64,000 bases of DNA, taken from positions 5,665 through 69,664 of the forward strand of contig JALHNV010000008.1 in the NCBI GenBank assembly GCA_022843325.1, in the 5' to 3' direction. This stretch comes from Pseudolabrys sp. GTDB lineage: Bacteria > Pseudomonadota > Alphaproteobacteria > Rhizobiales > Xanthobacteraceae. Below are positions 58,822 to 64,000 of this stretch, piece after piece. The first letter of the stretch is position 1. Each line of letters opens with the position of its first letter. Under the pieces are notes generated by a model. The model was not told where the DNA came from. It did not search any database and saw nothing but the letters and a program-made list of their open reading frames with translations. The position numbers and the translations under genes were made by a program.

Positions 58822-59700
58822 GTGCCGCTATCTGCAGCAGGAACCCGCTTGCCCATGCTTCGCCCGATCGACCGCCGATCTCTGGACGAAACGCTGCCGC
58901 TGCTGCAGCGCGGGTTCGCGCACGCGCCGGCGTTCTGGGCGGCGGCGCTTGAACGCCTGAAACGCTATCAATCGGCCGCCCCGGACACACCCGCCGCCTA
59001 TCTGCTCGACGTCAAAGGGGCCCCCGTCGGCGTCATTCTCACCATTGCCAGCGCGCGCACCGCGGCCGATGGCGCGACGCGCAGCGTGGTCAACCTGTCG
59101 AGCTGGTTTGTCGATGAAGCCCATCGCTGGCGGGCGCCGCGCATGCTGCAACAGCTTACCGCCAGCAACGACACGCTCTACACCGACCTGACACCTACCG
59201 TTCCGGTGCAATCGATGATTGGGCGCCTCGGCTTTAGCCGCTGGACCGAAGGAACGCTGCTGTTCCCGCTGCCGCTGCATGCCATCGGCCGCGCCGGCGA
59301 CACGCATGTGGTGCGTTTCGATAACCTGCCGGCCGATGCCTTGCCGGCGCCGGTGCAGCGGATCATGACCGATCATGCGGCACTGGGCTGTCTGACCGCC
59401 GCCTTGTGGGACGGCGCGCGCCTGCACCCGCTGATCTTCTCACGGATGAGCCGCAAGGGATTGCCGATAGCGCGCCTGCTCTACGCCGAGGACCGTTCGG
59501 TCGTCAGAGGCCACATGGCCGCGATTGCCCGCTATTTGCTGCGGGAAAAGGCGGTGCTGCTGGCGATGAGCGCCGATCGCAGCGAGCGGGTCCCCGGCAG
59601 CTTCTTTACCCAACGTGCACCGCCGGCCTTTTATAAAGGCACGATGAACACCGCGGCGATCGATCACGCCTATTCCGAATTCGTTTTCCTGCAAATCTGA
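58822..59700 (+). CDS. GNAT-fold acyltransferase-like protein
   Basis: NLSSWFVDEAHRWRA (motif A-like) and YTDLTP...RLGF (motif B-like); GGAGG before GTG 58822. Confidence 0.65.
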   Translation: MPLSAAGTRLPMLRPIDRRSLDETLPLLQRGFAHAPAFWAAALERLKRYQSAAPDTPAAYLLDVKGAPVGVILTIASARTAADGATRSVVNLSSWFVDEAHRWRAPRMLQQLTASNDTLYTDLTPTVPVQSMIGRLGFSRWTEGTLLFPLPLHAIGRAGDTHVVRFDNLPADALPAPVQRIMTDHAALGCLTAALWDGARLHPLIFSRMSRKGLPIARLLYAEDRSVVRGHMAAIARYLLREKAVLLAMSADRSERVPGSFFTQRAPPAFYKGTMNTAAIDHAYSEFVFLQI

Positions 59701-59703
59701 CGC

Positions 59704-59979
59704 ATGGCGGCCGATAACATGCTTTCACCGACGAACCAGAATGTCAGAGCCGACATTACGGATTATCTCCGGCAACGATTCCCCGCTCTGTCGAGCCACG
59801 CGCTCAACGATGACACGCCGCTTCTGGCCGGCGGCGCCATCGATTCGCTCGGAATTCTGGACCTCATGGCCTTCGTCGGCGAACGCCTCGGCATCGAGAT
59901 ACAGGACGAGGATTTCGAGCCGGAGAATTTCGAAACCCTCGGTCACCTGGTCGCCTTCGCGGAGCGAAAGAAGGCGTGA
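59704..59979 (+). CDS. Acyl carrier protein
   Basis: GAIDSLGILDL phosphopantetheine site, acidic tail PENFETL. Confidence 0.9.
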   Translation: MAADNMLSPTNQNVRADITDYLRQRFPALSSHALNDDTPLLAGGAIDSLGILDLMAFVGERLGIEIQDEDFEPENFETLGHLVAFAERKKA

Positions 59980-61511
59980 TGGCGGCGCCGTATCTCGTCC
60001 ATCATCTGCTTCAGCACAGCGGCGACACCGGTGCGCGGACTGCGTTGATCGATGGCCCGAGGACGCTGACCTATGGCGATTTCCGCCGTCAGATCGATGA
60101 TGGCGCGCGGCGCCTGCAAGCGGCCGGTGTGACGCGCGGCGACCGTGTCGCGATCCTGCTGCCGAAAAGCATCGAGGAATGCCGCGCGATTTTCAGCACC
60201 AGCCGCGCCGGCGGCGTGTTCGTGCCGGTCAATCCGCTGCTGCGTCCGGCGCAGATCAAGCACATCGTCGAGGACTGCACGGCGCGGGTGCTGATCACCA
60301 ACGCGGCGCTCTTGAAGACTCTGGGCAACACCTTTGACGACACTGCCGGCCTCTCGATCGTCACCGTCGATGACGACACCGGCAGCAGTGGCGCATCGCC
60401 CCCGCCGTCCGCCGCCATTGGCGAGGACCTGGCGGCCATCCTCTACACATCGGGATCGACCGGCCGGCCCAAGGGCGTGATGCTCAGCCACCGCAATCTG
60501 GTGGCCGGAACGCGGATCGTGCGCACCTATCTCGGCATCTCGGGCTCAGACCGCATTCTGTCGGTGCTGCCGTTCAGCTTCGACTACGGTCTCAACCAGT
60601 TGCTGACCGCGGTCGAGCAATCGGCCACCACCGTGCTGCTGACGTTCCGGTTTGGCGACGACATCGTGCGCGCCATCCGCGACCATGAATGCACAGGGCT
60701 GGCCGGCGTCCCGACCATCTGGTCGATCCTGACGCGGGCGTCGCCGCTGCTGGCCAAGACCCCGCTGCCGTCATTGCGGTACATCACCAATTCCGGCGGC
60801 GCCGTGCCGTCCGACACGGTGCGCAAGCTGCGTGACATGCTGCCCGACACCCGCATCTTCCTGATGTACGGGCTGACCGAAGCGTTCCGCTCGACGTTTC
60901 TGCCGCCCGATGAAATCGACAAGCGGCCGACCTCGATCGGCAAGGCCATTCCCGAATGCGAGGTCTTCGCCGTCACCGCCGACGGACGCCGCACCAAGCC
61001 CGGCGAGCCCGGCATTCTCGTGCACCGCGGCCCGACCGTCTCGCTCGGCTACTGGAACAGGCCCGAGGATACCGCGCGCGTGCTGCGCCAGAACCCCTTG
61101 CTGCCGGCGACACATGGCGGCGAGATCGTCTGCTTCTCCGGCGATCTGGTTACCGAGGACGAAGAAGGCTTCCTGTATTTCGTCGGCCGCGACGACGCCA
61201 TGATCAAGTCGTCCGGCTACCGCATCAGCCCGACGGAGGTCGAGGAAGTGCTGATGTCGACCGGGCATTTCCGCCAGGTCGCCGTGATCGGCCTGCCGGA
61301 TCCGATGGCCGGGCAGAAAGTGCACGCCGTCGGCGTCGCCCGCGATGGCGCCATCGACGTGCCGGTGACGCTGAAGGCCGCCGCCGACCGGCTGCCGCCG
61401 TTCATGCTGCCGCGCGACATCGAACTGGTCGACGAACTGCCGGTCACCGCCAACGGCAAGGTCGACTACAAGACGCTGGTCGCGCAACGGACAAGCCATG
61501 CCGGCCACTGA
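59976..61511 (+). CDS. Acyl-AMP ligase resembling the exosortase-A-associated family
   Basis: YTSGSTGRPKG, LPFSFDYG, MYGLTEAFRST, FSGD, NGKVD; overlaps the ACP stop. Confidence 0.88.
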   Translation: MMAAPYLVHHLLQHSGDTGARTALIDGPRTLTYGDFRRQIDDGARRLQAAGVTRGDRVAILLPKSIEECRAIFSTSRAGGVFVPVNPLLRPAQIKHIVEDCTARVLITNAALLKTLGNTFDDTAGLSIVTVDDDTGSSGASPPPSAAIGEDLAAILYTSGSTGRPKGVMLSHRNLVAGTRIVRTYLGISGSDRILSVLPFSFDYGLNQLLTAVEQSATTVLLTFRFGDDIVRAIRDHECTGLAGVPTIWSILTRASPLLAKTPLPSLRYITNSGGAVPSDTVRKLRDMLPDTRIFLMYGLTEAFRSTFLPPDEIDKRPTSIGKAIPECEVFAVTADGRRTKPGEPGILVHRGPTVSLGYWNRPEDTARVLRQNPLLPATHGGEIVCFSGDLVTEDEEGFLYFVGRDDAMIKSSGYRISPTEVEEVLMSTGHFRQVAVIGLPDPMAGQKVHAVGVARDGAIDVPVTLKAAADRLPPFMLPRDIELVDELPVTANGKVDYKTLVAQRTSHAGH

Positions 61512-62811
61512 TGAAAAATCCGCTTTGGCCGACACGCTGGTCGCCGAACATTTCGCGGTGCGCGACGGCCGGCTGATCGCCGGCGGCATTGCCGTCGACG
61601 AACTGGCCGAGCGGTTTGGCACACCGCTGTTCGTCTACGACGCCGGCGTGATGAAGAAGAGCTTCGCGCGCCTGTCGGAAGCGGTCGCCGGCTTCGCCGA
61701 GATCTACTTCTCCATCAAGGCCAATCCCAATCCGGCGGTCGCCGCGATTTTCGTCGCGCAAGGCGCCGGCATCGAGATCGCCTCGGCCGGCGAATATGCC
61801 CGCGCCCGCCGCGCCGGCGCCGATCCAATGCGCATTCTGTTTGCCGGCCCCGGCAAGCGCGACGACGAACTCGATTACGCCATTGCCGGCGGTATCGGCG
61901 AAATCCATCTCGAGAGCTTCGAGGAAATCGCGCAGGTCGAGGCGATCGCGCGCAAGCGCGGCCAAAAGGTCCCGGTGTCGATCCGCATCAATCCGGTGGC
62001 GGCGGCGCAGGGCGGCGCCATGCGCATGGGCGGCAAGCCGGCGCCGTTCGGCTTCGACGAGGAGCAGGTCGGCGAGGTCCTGCAGGCATTGGCCGCGACC
62101 GCGCATCTCGATTTCTGCGGCGTCCATTTGTTCGCCGGCACGCAGATCCTCGACGCCGACGTGCTGCTGGCGCAGTGGAGCCATGGCATCGGCGTCGCGG
62201 CAAGCGTCGCGCGGCAGGCGCAGCGCCCGCTGCGGTCGATCGACCTCGGCGGCGGACTCGGCATTCCCTATTACAGCGGCGACGGCGTGCTCGATCTCGA
62301 CCGCGTGCGCGCCGGCATCCCCGCGCTTCAGCAGGCGCTGCGGGACGAACCGCTGATCCGCGACGCCCGCGTCGTGGTCGAGCCGGGGCGCTATCTCACC
62401 GGTCCATCCGGGCTTTATGTCGCGCGCGTCATCGCCAGCAAGCAATCGCGCGGCCAGCGCTTTCTGATCACCGACGGCGGCATGCATCATCACCTCGCCG
62501 CCTCCGGCAATCTCGGCCAGGTGATCAAGCGCGATTATCCGGTGGTTGCACCGGCTCACATGAATGCAACGGAACTGTCACCCTGTTCGGTGGTCGGCCC
62601 GCTGTGCACGCCGCTCGACACGCTGGCGCGCAAGACCGACATGCCGGACCTGAAGGCCGGCGACCTGATCGCGGTGATGCAATCCGGCGCCTACGGATTA
62701 TCCGCCAGCCCGTCCGGCTTTCTCAGCCATCCGCAGCCGGCCGAAATCGTGGTCGGCGACGGCCAGGCCATTGTCGTGCGCGAGCGCGAAAAGCTGGAGC
62801 CGCTGCCGTAA
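61498..62811 (+). CDS. Fold-type III PLP-dependent decarboxylase (LysA/BtrK-like)
   Basis: FSIKANP (PLP Lys), HLFAG, DLGGG, EPGRY, GPLCTPLD, GAYG. Confidence 0.88.
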   Translation: MPATDEKSALADTLVAEHFAVRDGRLIAGGIAVDELAERFGTPLFVYDAGVMKKSFARLSEAVAGFAEIYFSIKANPNPAVAAIFVAQGAGIEIASAGEYARARRAGADPMRILFAGPGKRDDELDYAIAGGIGEIHLESFEEIAQVEAIARKRGQKVPVSIRINPVAAAQGGAMRMGGKPAPFGFDEEQVGEVLQALAATAHLDFCGVHLFAGTQILDADVLLAQWSHGIGVAASVARQAQRPLRSIDLGGGLGIPYYSGDGVLDLDRVRAGIPALQQALRDEPLIRDARVVVEPGRYLTGPSGLYVARVIASKQSRGQRFLITDGGMHHHLAASGNLGQVIKRDYPVVAPAHMNATELSPCSVVGPLCTPLDTLARKTDMPDLKAGDLIAVMQSGAYGLSASPSGFLSHPQPAEIVVGDGQAIVVREREKLEPLP

Positions 62812-62813
62812 CG

Positions 62814-64000
62814 TCAGCCGCCGGCTGCCTCGACCGTATCCTCGAAGTTCCTGAGACCCTCGCGCGGCGCCGACACCAGCACCGACATATTGCCGGGCGG
62901 ATGCTGGTTCTTCCACATCATGGTGTGCGCTTTGGGAATTTCCATCCACGGGAAGGTCTTGGACAGGCACGGGTCGATGCGGCGCTCCAGCACGAAGCGG
63001 TTGGCTTGGCTAGCCTGCTTCAGGTGCGCGAAGTGCGAGCCCTGGATGCGCTTCTGCCGCATCCAGACATAGCGCGCGTCGAAAGTGATGTTGAAGCCCG
63101 TGGTACCGGCGCAGAACACCACCATGCCGCCGCGCTTGACGACCATGCACGACACCGGGAACGTCGCCTCGCCCGGATGTTCGAAGACGATATCGACGTC
63201 GCGCTTGCCGGTGATATCCCAGATCGCCTTGCCGAAGCGGCGCGCTTCCTTGGCCCAGTCGTTGAACTCGGCCGAGTTCACCTGCGGCAGTTGACCCCAG
63301 CAGTTGAATTCCTTGCGGTTGATCGCCCCCTTGGCGCCAAGATTGAAGACGTATTCCATCTTCGATTCATCGGACACGACCGCGATGGCATTGGCGCCGG
63401 ACGCCGCGACGAGCTGCAGGCCGAACACGCCGAGACCGCCGGAGGCGCCCCAGACCAACACGTTGTCGCCAGGCTTTAGAGTGTGCGGCGAATGGCCGAA
63501 CAGCATGCGGTAGGCGGTCGCCAGCGTCAGCGTGTAACAGGCCGATTCCTCCCAGGTGAGATGCGCCGGCTTCTGCATCAGTTGCCGCGACTGCACACGG
63601 CAGAACTGCGCGAACGAACCGTCCGGCGTCTCGTAACCCCAGATGCGCTGCGACGGCGACAGCAGCGGATCCCCGCCATTGCAGTCCTCGTCGTCGCCGT
63701 CGTCCTGGTTACAGTGGACGATGACCTCATCGCCGACTTTCCAGCGCTTCACCTTGGAGCCGACGGCCCAGACGATGCCCGAAGCATCCGACCCGGCGAT
63801 GTGAAAGGGCTGCTTGTGCACATTGAACGGCGTGATCGGCTGGCCGAGGCCGGCCCAGATGCCGTTGTAATTGACGCCGGCCGCCATCACGAGAACGAGT
63901 ACGTCCTCTTCACCGATGGGCCAGGTCGGCACCTGCTCGATCTGGAATGATTTTTCCGGCGGCCCGTGACGGTCCTGCCGGATCACCCAGGCATGCATCT
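62814..64000 (-). CDS. ccr: Crotonyl-CoA carboxylase/reductase (5' end outside window)
   Basis: AAGVNYNGIWA, WGYETPDGSFAQF, WGASGGLG, FDARYVWMRQKRIQGSHFA. Confidence 0.93.
   Translation of the reverse strand, partial: MHAWVIRQDRHGPPEKSFQIEQVPTWPIGEEDVLVLVMAAGVNYNGIWAGLGQPITPFNVHKQPFHIAGSDASGIVWAVGSKVKRWKVGDEVIVHCNQDDGDDEDCNGGDPLLSPSQRIWGYETPDGSFAQFCRVQSRQLMQKPAHLTWEESACYTLTLATAYRMLFGHSPHTLKPGDNVLVWGASGGLGVFGLQLVAASGANAIAVVSDESKMEYVFNLGAKGAINRKEFNCWGQLPQVNSAEFNDWAKEARRFGKAIWDITGKRDVDIVFEHPGEATFPVSCMVVKRGGMVVFCAGTTGFNITFDARYVWMRQKRIQGSHFAHLKQASQANRFVLERRIDPCLSKTFPWMEIPKAHTMMWKNQHPPGNMSVLVSAPREGLRNFEDTVEAAGG

Noticed and set aside
59704-64000. NRPS/PKS cluster with Ccr supplying ethylmalonyl extender units
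   Set aside because: No ketosynthase, acyltransferase or condensation domains; ccr is convergent and better explained with mcd as primary metabolism.

Overview
GC-rich alphaproteobacterial (Hyphomicrobiales-like) chromosomal window. It is mostly housekeeping and accessory genes: oxidoreductases, xth, tldD, a LysR/DUF1127 pair, ybaK, gshA, an arsR-arsC-aquaporin operon, a RecD-like helicase, a beta-oxidation cluster split by EAL, MFS, PAS and RND-pump genes, podJ, the four-gene ligase/Lhr/exonuclease/PdeM DNA-repair cluster, pyrD, class I lysS, the ethylmalonyl-CoA genes mcd and ccr, an MCP, and a GNAT-ACP-acyl-AMP ligase-PLP decarboxylase operon. I found no tRNA, rRNA, CRISPR array, transposase or prophage. 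About nine REP-like palindromic elements of four sequence families are present, two of them translated as parts of proteins. The most unusual signals are non-annotated: (1) a terminator-ended minus-strand unit whose 25-codon ORF follows an 18-nt perfect complement of the 16S rRNA 3' end; (2) three anti-Shine-Dalgarno-looped hairpins directly 3' of the DUF1127 gene; (3) a low-GC orphan gene inside the exonuclease-ligase operon, with CTG where the ligase ATG is expected; (4) a four-hairpin element with a shared TGCGA loop; (5) an ACP-tethered acyl-transfer operon. All annotations are by eye from motifs; no database searches were run.
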